A stretch of 64,000 nt of DNA from Phoronis australis (GCA_002633005.1 NMRA01000390.1:83544-147543), one strand, 5' to 3'; shown: positions 41,501 to 52,904, counted from the stretch's first letter. Numbers and translations: made by a program. Notes: generated by a model not told the origin, from the letters alone.

Positions 41501-44500
41501 CACTAACCGAGAACAGCCCTCCCGATGACTTGTAAGCAAGTCGCGTGAACATGGGATATGCAGAATCGATCTTTGACGCGTTTCATTGGCTAACACTTTC
41601 GGCCACTTTTGTACATTCCCGGATTCGCCGAAGAAAGTTTCGGGCCACTGCTTAACACGTGATAAAACTTCACAAAACAACGGTGTTTCTACTAATTCTT
41701 AAGCGATCAACTTACCAAACTTTGTGGTGGACAAAAATGTTTATTTTTCACATAAGATGTCCTTATTACATGTACCAAATATCCACGACAATATCCCTGA
41801 TATCGCACTGCGGCACCGTTAGCGCGCAAGCGGTCCCAGCAGACAATCGTGACTTAGACTGAGATGTGGTTCTCCTTTTTATCGTATTAAGACAGCCAAA
41901 GTGAAAATGACAATCTTATTAATCGCCAAACGGCGGTCACGTCTTTACTTTCAGTTGCCAAGAAATTCTCAAACCCTTTATTTGTTTCTGGGGCTACATG
42001 CGCAAAATATGGTCTTTCACACGTTGTTGCCAAGTTCGTAAAGTGTAGGCCTACTCCAGCGATTCAAGTGCGTGAACTCACGCGTGCGCACCACTTCAAT
42101 GAACAGCGACAGTCCTAAATGAAAGAGTATACCGGTTTGGCTCTGGTTTATTTGAAAATGAACTCAGATTCCCAGCGGTTATAAAAGACTCGATGTCCCG
42201 GGACCGATATAACCCAGAACTGACGTTTTCCTGTTCCGATGTTTCCCGAGGTCGATGTTCTATAAACCTTGTATTCTATGCCCGTAGCCAGCTATTGCAA
42301 CAAAACTAGCACTAGATGCGAAATTGTGGTTCAAGTTAGCGAACTTTCCATTCTTCTCTTTATACACCCCCCCTCAGCAACTTTTCGCTCCCCGAACCAC
42401 CGTCGCCGTAAAGTGTTCAGACTCCTATAGAAACAACCTTTTTCCGGCTGAAAGCGGGCAGTTAAAAGCAAAATCATTCTGGGTGGCTAAAAAGGGTACA
42501 ATTTAAGTGGTAACGATATCCAGAAAGTGACCCCTACTAGATGGAGTTTGCCTCGCAAAATCGTATTATTACAACGTTTCTTACCAATGCAAGGTTTTAA
42601 TATCTTATTACCGCAAACACTGAGGTTAATGACTATGCTCACGCACAAGCCTACTCCCTACCTTTAAAGGGTTTCATAATAAGCACTCACTGATCTATTA
42701 AAAGTCCCCCCTTAAATTTTGAGAATTTCCACTTAAGCGCCCACAGTTCAAGCTAGCGCCCATCATAGCGCACTACAATCGACCGCGGGTGGTTAAAAAT
42801 TGACACGCAGCTTATATGATGTGTCACTTTCATTTTACACAACTTCAGTTTTCAAAAATGTCTTTTCACAATATGTAAAAACCAAATCCCGACTTTGTTC
42901 TATACCTCGAAAAGAAAGTTAACACTAGTGACATGCGTGTCGTTTTGTGACTGGCCTACTAGTATTTTACCCGTACTTGGAAGGTATTGAGGAGCAAACT
43001 CGCCATTACCCGAGTTAGTTTGAATCGTTGACGACTTTGATGACAGCCAGTAGCAGGCCAGATCTAACAAAATCCCGGATACTTTTTCAACGGGCATTTT
43101 CTCCCTTTTCACATCGCAAATTTAGCTACTCGAATGCACAAGTCAGTTAGAGAGCACTGATTCAACTTTCACGTCGGCAACTTGCTTTGCACTCTAGAGT
43201 CTTTCAATGGCAGTCGTGAAGAACAGTAAGGCCGTACCTGCATGAATGAAGTCAATTTCGAGATCCGAAATTTGTGAGTATTTAACGCTGCAGGTAAGAG
43301 CATAATCTAAACATTTTCTCGATGATCTAAAAAAATTATTTCGGCGCGTAAAAATGGCGGGAAAATTTTGCGACCTGGAATTTACGAATGCGAGCTAGAT
43401 TTTGAAAATGCGACCTGGGATATTGGCTAGGTCGCAAAATGCGACCTGGCGATTTTAATAGTGTCGAGCCCTGGTTCAACAACGAAAACGTCGACTCAGA
43501 GACGACAACGGACACACTACATGGGACACTAGCAATGGCAGTGAGTGACCATCTCAGGATGACCACAATAATAATGCATAGCAGCTTAAGCTGATGCTGG
43601 CATTATGACATAATCCTGAGAATGACCACAATGATGATGGATGAGAGAATGCACTAACATCTGGAACTCGTGTCAAGCCATGTAATCATATAATTAATGA
43701 ATGAACAATGAATTTAATTCAATTCATTTTCAAAATAACGACTGTTCAAGAATCACTGAAAAGCACTCTAGACATGAAAAAATTTCAATTGGAAAATCAT
43801 GAAAAACTTCACTATGCCAAGGATTGAAGTTGCGATCAGATACCATTCACAGTGCTGAAGGTGGCACTGTACAGTTAGACTGTAGCTGCGGCCAATTTGC
43901 ACTCCTAGAAATTAAGTAGTCCAGGTGTGGCAGTAGTTTTGTGATAAACACTTGTTTGTATTGGTGAACATGTGCAAGCCAAGAATTGTACGATGACCCT
44001 TGGCTTACCTCAAAATCCAACTGCTGCCTGGTGGTTTGGTAATTGGCCCAGCAAAAATACTGAGGAACATTTAATTTAAACAAACGTTTTGGGTTGTAAA
44101 AGACACATTTCCTGCCCAATTTTCAAAATTCAAGAACTTAATCACGTGTGCTTTTCACAAACTATTCAAATATGCTAAATACAAAATCTTACAACAAAAA
44201 TTTAAAAATACTATTGTCGCCCCCCAATCTGTTTATGAAGAGTCTGACATATCCAGAGAAGAGCAACATCAGCAGCCACACATGATTTAATTAACCACAA
44301 CAGCATGGTGTCTTTGATCTAAACCGGCATATTATATGGTGCGAAAACCAGTCGAGTTAGGTTCTCAATGAAGGATTCTTTTCTTGTTGGCAATGAGCAA
44401 AATCTGATAGTTTGGTTGTAGATACTGTTTTCTTCAAAATGGGAACCCCTTTAGCATTTTAGTATTGCTACCTTAGAAACATGCTCTGATTTCAGGTAGC

Positions 44501-47500
44501 AATCGAACAACCAGAGCAAGAAATGGATGGATACCGCTGCAGTATTATCAATCAAAGGCAGTCGGAGATACCGGCAATCACACAAAATCCCTTGAGCTAT
44601 TAACAAGACACGTATTGAGTGTAAATTTCAGGAAGAGTGGATAAGCAATGCGACCTGCGACATGAAAGGACCAACAAAAGCGAGTAATAAGCCAATGAAA
44701 GAACAGTAAATCTCAGATGTCTTGAGAACGTTTAGTCAGAGCAAGACATAATGTGGAATTGTTGTGAAAACTTGATAGGGACCTCAGGGGTCTCACGCTC
44801 AACTGGCTTATCTGCACTAATTTGAAAAGGCTTTGCCCAGTCACTCACACGTTGTGTGTCATAAAAGAGATGATACCTGTAGCTGACGCGGCAGATAAAA
44901 CTACTCTCGTTTATCCCATTGGTGTAGACTCACAGTAGAACTGTGGTTTTCTGCTGAGCACAGACGGTCGTCACGACGATTTAGAGTTATGAACGAGTTT
45001 CACAACGCAGATAGCTGTAGACAAAATCTATCCATTGACCAAATTTCAAACACATCCGTCATAAGGGACAACTGTGATACAGTGAGCAGTCATTGGAAAA
45101 TCTTGAATAGGTGGAGAACAGTAAGTCCTAACATATCAGGTGTCAAAATGCTGATAGGCTCTACAACATCTATCTACACCCCAAATTTCAAAAAGATCTA
45201 TTAAGGCATGTCAGAGATATGGCTCTGCAAAACTAAAATCTAAAATCTAAAAATGGCTCCCACCACGCCATCTTTCATCCAATTTCAAACAAAAACAATA
45301 GATCCCCGCTATATTAACGAAACACAAATTTCAAATCGACGAAAACTATGACTCGTAGTGTGCGAAAAAATACACAAGAGAAAGAAGAAACTTTATGGAC
45401 AAGTTAAGATACTAGTCTTTCGCCAAGTAGCAAACTCATTTCATGAGAGAGCAGCATAACTGAACAAAATTTCTTTTCGGCAAGTAACAACTTTATGGAT
45501 TAGTAAGACAGACCTACTTGGCGACAAAAACAGTTTATGAAAATTAAATCTGTGTCAAACCCCCTTACTCACGATGAGTATCAGTTTGATTGCTTGATTT
45601 TCCATTGAAAACATTACTATAATCAAGGTGTCCACTAAAACTGAGGCCATGACTTGAGGAATGTAACCTCCTGGAATGGGAAAGCAGCACTGCATGATGT
45701 AGACAATTCTACTGTAGTCAGGCAGAACAGAAGCACTGCATGATGTAGACAATTCTATTGTAGTCAGGCAGAACAGAAGAAACATTGCACAAAGAGTTTT
45801 TCATTAAGAAAGCATTCCAATAATTATAGACTATGTTGACACTTCCTGGTGATTGATTATTCTCAATCTAGAAAAAGAACCAAGTCATCACAGTATTTGA
45901 AAACTAATTCTCCATGAATTATTTAGAGCAGGCACTACACAAAGGGTTTGACAAGAATGCTATGAGCTGATAGGCACTATCTGCTACATCAAGATCATTA
46001 ACAGCACACATTATTAGATGAATATTTCAATAATTGCCTATTAACCATTGCGTGTTGCAGCTGAAAATTCAATATCATGGCAAATTTTGATGCGACTATG
46101 AAATCTGGCGATCTATTGGGAAATACACTGTGAAGCAGTTTGAGGAGTCAGAGACTAGATGATCAACTGATGTGCTAAACCATACTTGCCGGTTCTAACT
46201 ATTAAATACTTAATTCGTCAGACAACCACATAGGAAGACCGAATGAAAGGAAAGGTGGATTTACTCTGAGGTTCACATCCGACCATTAATTGCTAGTGGA
46301 ATATATTAAGAATACATCAAGAATGTTTCAACTACTCTTTTTGCAGCAAAAGATAAGCACTAGAATGTCTTTCTCAGCACAGTAAACATTTGACCAACTA
46401 AGGCTGGCAGATGTCCAGTTTCCGATTTTATCAATGACAAATTAGGATAATGGATGGACATAGGAGTTAACATATGTTGGAGGTATTTATAGCCAGACTC
46501 AATTCAGAACTTAACTCAGTCTACAGGATCAAAGTGCAACATCACCAGGTCAGCAAACCCAGTTTTGGACATCTAAGAATAGTGCTACAGAAATGGACAG
46601 TTTTGATTTTCTTAGGTTTAAAAACAATGCAGCAACCAAAAATCCAACAAGAGTAATTCTCCACTTATTTTGCTCACTCATTTCATTCCTTACACCAAGT
46701 TATTTCAAAAAAATAATTTATTGTCCATCACTTAATTACAGGTGGAAATCTGACCAATTAAAAATTTAAAAAATCAAGTCAATTTTAGCGCAAGTTCCCA
46801 AATTTAATTACGTAATGGCAGCACTTTAAACTTCTGTCCTGAACACAAGTTAACAGCTCGAGTTACTTTGGAATAAAGAGTATTTAACAGCGAAGCGTTG
46901 ACACTACAATGGTAACACTTAACTTCGATGCCATCAGCCGGAGTTATCGGCAGGGGTCACTGCCTGCGTTTGCCAACAGCGGGCAGTGACTGCTTAATAT
47001 ATAATATTTATTATTATGGGAGTTCAACCATTCTGTTTCATTGCATCAGTGTTTTGCTGGATTCTTTGCATTAAAACATTCACCAATGTGTACAAAACAA
47101 GTTCCCACCAAGCCACCTTTGTTCGAATCGGCTTACACAAGAATTGGCTTCTTTCATCTTCTAGTACATCGACATCATCCTGATGTGCTAACCATTGGCT
47201 GCCTTGTGAAGTGACGTTCTAGTTTTCATGTGGGGAGACAACAATATTGTTTGGTGTTTTTGTCCATGCCATCAAAAATGGCAAGGACAAAAACACCAAA
47301 GAATATAACCAAACATATAGCACCACCTTGTAATAACTTCAATGAACTAGTCTTCTGAAAGACTACGAAGCTGATGGGAATACCAATGCTTAACTTCGCA
47401 GTTAACCACAGTTAACATCGAAGCTTCAATAGTAGCCCAGTTAACTGTGTGGAGAAGGGTATTTAACAAGTAATCTTGTCATAGCTTCCAAAGAACAGAA

Positions 47501-47697
47501 TGAATTCTAAACATGCACCATTGTAATCACTACCATCTAATACTTACCACTACAATAGGCAGCAATAACTTCTAACTTGTAGCATGTATCAGGAGTGTTC
47601 TCTGCTAATTTGGGCGATATGTTCACTATGTTTCCTTTGGCATTATACAGTTTCAGCAGATCATGGGGACCAGCTTCAGCTGCTGCACGGAATATGT
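5403..47697 (-). CDS. PDE9: PDE9-family cGMP phosphodiesterase, spliced gene (5' incomplete in this window)
   Basis: 12 exon positions with GT-AG boundaries and compatible phases give about 490 codons. The product has the class I PDE motifs [29 protein letters not shown], KVxDxSNE.RP and [17 protein letters not shown], which closely follow human PDE9A as I recall it. Confidence 0.93.
8560..9330. mobile_element. Penelope-like element relic: GIY-YIG fragment (-) with an adjacent inverted partial copy (+)
   Basis: The minus-strand ORF at 8560-8796 reads [12 protein letters not shown]...[22 protein letters not shown]. The same sequence recurs inverted at about 9110-9310, and both resemble the endonuclease at 48738-49076. 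Confidence 0.8.
10824..12434. mobile_element. non-autonomous Kolobok-like DNA transposon
   Basis: TIRs AGGAGCATGCCACCC / AGGAGAATGCCACCC (14/15), both flanked by TTAA, with 5'-RR termini. Confidence 0.8.
13415..14120. repeat. degenerate ~19-20 bp tandem array
   Basis: many diverged copies of a gggtcaactgtccaga motif. Confidence 0.85.
14945..15292. repeat. GC-rich minisatellite (~35-45 bp units)
   Basis: repeats of cacactgtgtggtccctgcccccaggctgc. Confidence 0.85.
16037..16527. repeat. purine-rich minisatellite (~33-37 bp units)
   Basis: repeats of gaggtaacagcaggtagaggggcatacaagcaga; explains the three overlapping repetitive ORFs. Confidence 0.95.
16562..16598 (+). ncRNA. degenerate minimal hammerhead ribozyme of the Penelope-associated type
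   Basis: TGC-CTGATGA-A-GAGAC atgtt GTCTC-AAAA-TATA-GCA; the GAAA box reads AAAA, so it is probably inactive. Confidence 0.55.
17134..17280 (-). CDS. PDE9: PDE9 exon ([49 protein letters not shown])
   Basis: tgctag/gtaggt boundaries, 147 bp; invariant substrate Gln and clamp Phe. Confidence 0.96.
18069..18158. repeat. ~26-bp tandem repeat x3 within a degenerate TIR-element relic (~17720-18175)
   Basis: caggtcaccaaacacaatctgacctg units. Confidence 0.7.
18362..18466 (-). CDS. PDE9: PDE9 duplicated exon B ([35 protein letters not shown])
   Basis: tttttctgttgtactcag/gtaggc boundaries, 105 bp, phase 0-0, intact frame. Confidence 0.9.
19029..19133 (-). CDS. PDE9: PDE9 duplicated exon A ([35 protein letters not shown])
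   Basis: atatag/gtagct boundaries, 105 bp, phase 0-0, intact frame. Confidence 0.88.
19917..20022. repeat. 14-bp minisatellite
   Basis: caacaccacaaatg repeats. Confidence 0.9.
21036..21138 (-). CDS. PDE9: PDE9 exon ([14 protein letters not shown]...NKDHRGQ)
   Basis: tttttag/gtaagt boundaries, 103 bp, phase 2-0; TDM motif. Confidence 0.95.
21686..21846 (-). CDS. PDE9: PDE9 exon ([26 protein letters not shown]...GMIR)
   Basis: ttgtag/gtaata boundaries, 161 bp, phase 0-2. Confidence 0.96.
22093..22215 (-). CDS. PDE9: PDE9 exon (MYGL...[17 protein letters not shown])
   Basis: ctacag/gtatgg boundaries, 123 bp; class I PDE signature HDxxHxGxxN. Confidence 0.96.
22513..22608 (-). CDS. PDE9: PDE9 exon ([32 protein letters not shown])
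   Basis: tttcag/gtaagt boundaries, 96 bp, phase 0-0; catalytic HNxxH motif. Confidence 0.95.
23877..24036. repeat. ~29-32 bp minisatellite x5
   Basis: agtagagttatgtgatgtatgggtctacc(tg) repeats. Confidence 0.9.
24382..26853. repeat. 1.24-kb near-identical tandem duplication (24382-25615 / 25617-26853) joined by a single N
   Basis: the copies differ only by a few SNPs and small indels; N at 25616. Confidence 0.95.
27747..28102. repeat. ~48-bp tandem repeat, about 7 copies
   Basis: gaatgagctttttacatgtaaacaagtagagctgtatcatacaaccaa units. Confidence 0.9.
29261..29402 (-). CDS. PDE9: PDE9 exon, start of catalytic domain ([18 protein letters not shown]...KFNIE)
   Basis: ttttccag acceptor, gtaaat donor, 142 bp, phase 2-0; matches the PDE9 'LRKPTFDVWLW' segment. 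Confidence 0.93.
29512..30719. mobile_element. non-autonomous Kolobok-like element
   Basis: TIRs GGATATCTCAAACCTTA / GGTTATCTCAAACCTTA (16/17), flanks TTAA/TTAC; its right half (30207-30719) has a diverged copy at 56174-56862. Confidence 0.65.
31285..31736. mobile_element. MITE, PIF/Harbinger-like
   Basis: imperfect TIRs AGGCCCTTTCATATTGAC / AGGGCCTTTCATACTAAC with a 3-bp flanking duplication (TAT). Confidence 0.65.
32538..32674 (-). CDS. PDE9: PDE9 exon ([14 protein letters not shown]...KVYDKFTRM)
   Basis: ttgcag acceptor, gtatgt donor, 137 bp, phase 0-2. Confidence 0.88.
33351..33453 (-). CDS. PDE9: PDE9 exon, coiled-coil region ([35 protein letters not shown])
   Basis: tttttgttag acceptor, gttggt donor, 103 bp, phase 2-0. 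Confidence 0.85.
36200..37340 (+). mobile_element. 5'-truncated, degenerate LINE 3' end (ORF2 C-terminus; RTEX/CR1-group-like)
   Basis: [14 protein letters not shown], and the C-terminal zinc knuckle CPLC...[11 protein letters not shown] across broken ORFs; ends in aataaa plus an AT-rich tail. Confidence 0.85.
37545..37845. repeat. perfect 20-bp minisatellite spanning an assembly gap
   Basis: caacaacgtacctgtggata units; Ns at 37675-37698. Confidence 0.95.
37861..37912 (-). CDS. PDE9: PDE9 small exon ([18 protein letters not shown])
   Basis: tttcag acceptor, gttagt donor, 52 bp, phase 1-2; exactly bridges the flanking exons. Confidence 0.8.
40778..40872. repeat. 19-bp minisatellite x5
   Basis: tggatgcagtagcctccac units. 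Confidence 0.95.
41279..43473. mobile_element. non-autonomous TIR DNA transposon with 5-bp TSD (hAT-like termini)
   Basis: Termini are CAGGGATCGACA...TGTCGAGCCCTG with subterminal caggtcgc/gcgacctg repeats, flanked by GTTCA on both sides. A diverged partial copy lies at about 52314-52835. Confidence 0.8.
47548..47697 (-). CDS. PDE9: PDE9 exon, N-terminal domain ([50 protein letters not shown])
   Basis: ttgcag acceptor, gtaagt donor, 150 bp, phase 1-1, open frame resembling the PDE9 N-terminal region. Confidence 0.85.
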
Positions 47698-47861
47698 CTG
47701 CAAAGAAGTCAAGACAACATACAATACCATCTAAATTTATGGTAAAATTTCACCAATTGAGGACACAATATGGAACAGATGTGGAATTTATTCTAAAAGA
47801 CTTTTATTTATTTCATAAAATACAAATAGCCCCAAATAAATCCTTCATCACTTTAAGGTTG

Positions 47862-48175
47862 CAGGGTCCAAGGAGAAAAAGATGCCTGTGCCTTCTGAGA
47901 GGGGAATATTTTGGGGAGGGGAAAATTCTACCCTCCCGATCACCCCTACCCTGTCACAAGCCCTCACAGGCTCTGCCTCAAGTAGCCCTGATTGTACTCC
48001 TCCAAATTGTCACCTGTGTGAGTTACAAGTGATTCGAAAACTTGAGGAGAAATTTTTAATTATTTGAGGGTAATTTTTGGACATCATGATGGGAATAATT
48101 CATGTGATTTTTCAATATTTTTCAGAGTGGAATGGGTTTGGCATTCGGCCCCCATATTGAGAGATTGAGGCCCTG
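47862..48175. mobile_element. short TIR element with 5-bp TSD
   Basis: CAGGGTCC...GGCCCTG flanked by GGTTG on both sides. Confidence 0.65.
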
Positions 48176-48405
48176 GGTTGTGTAGGACATTATCGAAAAG
48201 TATGAATTTAAGTGAAAATCAACAAAATTATAGGTTTTATCTCTGTAAAAGTAATGATTGACTGTACTTCGGGAGTAAGTTTTCGGTTATACAGAATTTG
48301 TTAAATGCACAACACTTTTCATTGTTCACAATCTATTCCGTTACGTTCGTACTTTCGGAACAAAACTCTACTCTCAACTGAACATAGATACAGTAACTGA
48401 CCTAG

Positions 48406-50243
48406 CGACATAACTAAAAGACACACGATATTTCGAAACATACTTGTTTCATTCTCAAGTGAAGATAAAATGACGCAGTAATGCCACCACAGAGTATAAG
48501 CTGACGACACACACAGTGAGACACGGCGGGTGTGACATACTGCAAAGAATGACTAATGAAGGGGGGTAACAGGAAAGTCACGCAAACAAGTGTAACGTGC
48601 GGCGCGACCCTGTTTGCTGCTCATTCAAAACAGGCTTCTCAAAAGTAACTAAAAGGGACTCTAATACTTTCAAACGCAGCACATCTTGCTCCACGTAGCG
48701 AATTGACGTGTTTTCCACAATTTCTTGACAGGTGATTTTACGTGTGGCATTGCAGAAAATGATCTTGAATGGCGCCATTTTGAAGATGCATGAATAACCG
48801 ACGAGAAAGACTGCAAACCGTTTGACCAATGTAACATTGTTTGACGTTTGAACGAAGACATTCGTTCATAGGGCATACAAACTCATAAACAACACTACAC
48901 TGTGCAACGGGGCGGACTTTCACTTTAGAAATGTTATTTTTCGTGACCAAGTTGGAGGACTTCCTATTCCGATAATAAATAATAACATCGAGGTGATCAT
49001 CAGGCTTAAAAACTTTAACATTGTCCCTTATAATTTTCTTAATGGCGTGTTCGTCCTGGAGGTAATTATTAGACATGACATTTTTCTAAAATATCTTTTT
49101 GGTGACACCGGTCTGACGTGCAGGGACTTCATTGCTAATTCTGGACACAAATCGCTTAATATGGAAATCCACAAAAGCATTGGTATACCCATTATTCACC
49201 AATGTTTGTCTTATGCGATCTTCCTCTTGATTGAACAATAGCCAGTTGGACGACACCGAATACGCCCTCTTTAGGAAGTTGACCACAACAGCGACCTTAT
49301 ACCGCTCAGGGCACTCACTTTTGGCGTGGAAACAGAAACCTTTATCAGTAGGCTTGTGGTAAACCGATGTAGAAAATTCAGATGGAGAATGGTTCACAAG
49401 AACGTCCAAAAATGGAATCTTGTCATTACAGGAAGCTCGTGGGTAAACTTCAATACAGAGTGACGCTCAAGTTCATCACGTACTGATAACAAGTCATCAA
49501 AGGCACAATAAACAAAAATATCATCTACATAACGTAAATAGATAGGAATACCACCAATCACATTGCTAGCTCTTTTTCCACTTCAGACATATAAAATTCC
49601 GAGAAAGTGGGACCCAGAGGAGAGCCCATGCTAACACCATCTTTTTGCAAAAACAATTTTCCATTTATATGGCGAAATGGTACTTTGGTTGTGCAGATGG
49701 TTAACAACTTTCTCATATGAGCTGGTGAAATGTCGGGTGGCTTTAAACGTGGGTGACGGTATACACTATCCAAAATGATAGTAATGGTCTCATCCACCTG
49801 TACGTTGGTGAACAAAGTCTTAGCGTCAAGCGACATAGGTTGATAATGGGGGGATGGCACTTGTGTGCGCAAAATGTCAATGAAATCCTCACGACATTTA
49901 ATGGAATAACGGCTCTGAATGTACGGCTTTATGATGTTATCAAGATGCTTCGCTGTCTTGTACGTAGGCGTCAGTACTTGGGATATTATCGACCGTAGAG
50001 GAACATCTTTTTTGTGTATTTTGGGGTTACCATAGAGATAACCTTCGGAGTAATCACCTTCAATTTTGGAGAAAATGCGACGTCCAGCCTCAGCATTTAT
50101 AGCCCTAATGTGACGATTCAATTCACGTTTAAGGCCAACGAGGGGTGACCGACTAATGCTGGTAAACTTGAAAGGGTCACATATTAATAGACTAAGTTTA
50201 TTGGAATAGTCATCTTTGTTTAAAATAACATACTGGGCAGACA
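48406..50243 (-). mobile_element. Penelope-like retroelement, 5'-truncated and frameshifted (RT plus GIY-YIG endonuclease)
   Basis: YGNPKIHK, SLDAKTLFTN, GVSMGSPLGP, LRYVDDIF, SVYHKPT, and VVYEFVCP...CYIGQT..L..R..H motifs in broken minus-strand ORFs. Confidence 0.93.
48424..48461 (-). ncRNA. minimal hammerhead ribozyme variant (U3-A8 core) in the Penelope 3' terminal repeat
   Basis: the minus strand reads CAC-UUGAGAA-U-GAAAC aaguau GUUUC-GAAA-UA-UC-GUG. Confidence 0.65.
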
Positions 50244-50249
50244 CACTTG

Positions 50250-51130
50250 ATGATCATGGAGGAGCTGGAGAGTTACCTGCATGGGATGTTTCTTTTTGGA
50301 GATACGAACAAAGAACAGGGATGACTATGAACCCGATTCGCTTACAAGTATCTACCAATCGATAGATAGGCACCTGAAAAATATTGGTCGACAGAATTCA
50401 ATCCTGACGGATCACGCCTTCCAAGGATCAAGGGCATCTCTAAAGGCTAACAGATGGAACTGAAACAAGCAGGGAAAGGAAACAGACCTAAGAAATCTGA
50501 ATTACTGACACTCGAAGAAGTAATCACATTAAGAGAAAAAGATATTATAGGACTTAAAGATCCATAAGCGCTACCGAAGTTCATCTGGCTGAACAATACA
50601 AAGATATTAGGATTTCCTGGATGCCAGGAAAACAGACAACTTCAATGAGGCAATATATGTCTCAAGTCGTCGTCACAAAGGGAATATTCAAAGTTCAGAG
50701 ACAGATTAACTAGGACAAGAGTTGATGGCTCAACAGGCCGTCCCTTTAAACCCAAGCTATTCCCTACGCCAAATGAGCCAGAATCATATTCAGTAGAAGC
50801 TTATAAATTATACAGACAAAATCGACTGGCACAAATGCTCACCGACTCCTCACCGTCTTACATTAAACTCAACATGAATTCAGAAAAAAAGAAGGGCTAT
50901 TGTTCGCGGCGCAACCCTGAGGAGTGAACACTAAGCAAAATGCTATGAGCAACAGAGCTAATCCAAGGGAAAAAAACAATCATAGCCTAAGAAAATCAAC
51001 CTGCAATAGACTCTTGAAATCTGGCTTTCACCCAAACAGTTATACAGCTCACCGGACACAGAATTCTTCAATCGTAAACATCTACGTATAACCAAGCCGA
51101 TATGGAAGAGCAGAAAGCAATGAGTAACGT
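50250..51130 (+). mobile_element. degenerate Crypton-type tyrosine recombinase (DUF3504, ZMYM/KCTD1-like)
   Basis: FFLEIR...YEPDSLTSIYQSIDRHL, LKQAGKGNRP, NHSLR (about 50978) and QLTGH motifs, with stops and frameshifts. Confidence 0.8.
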
Positions 51131-52904
51131 ACTACCGTCAACCATAACCAGCTACTGGCCCCGGCATCAGACGCTAGTACTGGGGTGGTAGCACATCCAG
51201 TCTGCCAAGGCCTGCAACCAGTAGTTGTTTATCTCAACATCGCTATCAGTATCAGCATCATTCGTCTGAGCAAGCATTGCAAGCAAGCAAATCCCATCCT
51301 TATTTTCAAGAGCCGCAATCTACGGCGGTAGCATCAGCATAAATATTTAGCTATCCAGAAGTGAAACGACCGCGCATGGACAGCGATTCCATTTAACCAA
51401 GCTGTGAACGAACGCGAGTGTTCATTTCCTGACATTCCTTGTTGACTTACCTGTAGCTAATTTGACTGATTCCGCGCCAAATATTTGTCTTTGATGTTAT
51501 TTATACTATTTCCGTGTTTGAAATTCATTCAATTTGGGTTTAAGCGTTTTTGATAGTTTGAAATAAAAATTTGTTTTAAAATCTATGGTATTCTTAAATC
51601 TGTAGCTGTTGTAGCCACCGTCTCATACAGCCAGCAAAACTTGATTCATGAAAATATTGGGTGCACGTATACGTGCCACGTGATCTGCGATCATCATTGA
51701 TAAAAGATGACAAACGACATCAAAACAAGTGGAGCATCTGTGTAAACCCGCATCTTTAAAGAATCCTCAGCGGGGGCGCATAAGGATTAATAGGTTATAC
51801 AACGTACGTATTTGTACCAGCGTGTTATTATATCTCGATTCGCCCTTGTTCAAATACTTTTGGGAATGCTAATGTTCTAGACTCCATAACCTAATGTATT
51901 GCCAACGTATGGTTTAGTCCGGCTGTCTTATCTGGAACGTCTGGCATGGCTAACTTCACTTGCTATTGCGTGAAACATGCTACGTAATGAAGATGAGAAT
52001 TGGAGGTAAGCAGACATGAGCTTGTCGTCAATCAAAAGTTAGTGCAAGGGCATTACTCAACAGCAAGTAATTTTGCTTAATATTTTCTGACTCTGACTCG
52101 GGATGAATCTAAAGAACCCGTACAGTGGTGGTCCTAGGGAAAGAAACTTCAAAAAATAGTTCTTTGTCGGTAAAAATAACTTGTAAACAAATCGCCAATT
52201 ATTCGGGTGTTCGGTAGCTGTGGTAAGTTAGTGACTAACTCTAACAAGCAATGCCTACTCAGCGAGTACGCGAAAGTTTGGTGTCAGTTGTAATCAGCTT
52301 GGCACTAGACCTCCGTGACCTGAAATTTGGAAATGCGAGCAGAGACTGGTCATTTCGTATTAAATCGCAACACGCGACCTGGAAATTCCCAAGTACGCGA
52401 ACATAGGCTAGCTTTTGGCGGCAAGTAGATTACCTAGCACTTCTGCAAATCAGGAACTTATTTGGTTGTTTCCAAATCAAGTTGAACACTCAGCCCCCTT
52501 CATTGAGTTGTAAATGTGTTGCCTGAAAATGGGATAACGTCTTTGGGATAATACAGAACCGATCTTTGATGCGTTTCATTGGCTGGTAAAGGACAGCTGC
52601 TTCATTCACGAGTGACCAACTTACTGAATTTGTAATGACAAACATTATTTTTCATGCAAGATGTACTGATTAGCCTATTACAATATCCCCAACAATATAA
52701 TGTCACTGCGGCACTGGTCTATCCCGCTGTTCGTGCGCAATGTCCCGACAGACCGTGACTTGGAAATGCGTCTCTTTTTTATGACAAGACAGCGAACAAA
52801 TTCTCCAGCCCTAACTTTAATACTTTCTGGGGGTGAGCACGCACGCGTACATATGAGTCACCTGTCACTCACATATGTTGCTGCCAATGTAAAATGCACT
52901 CCAG

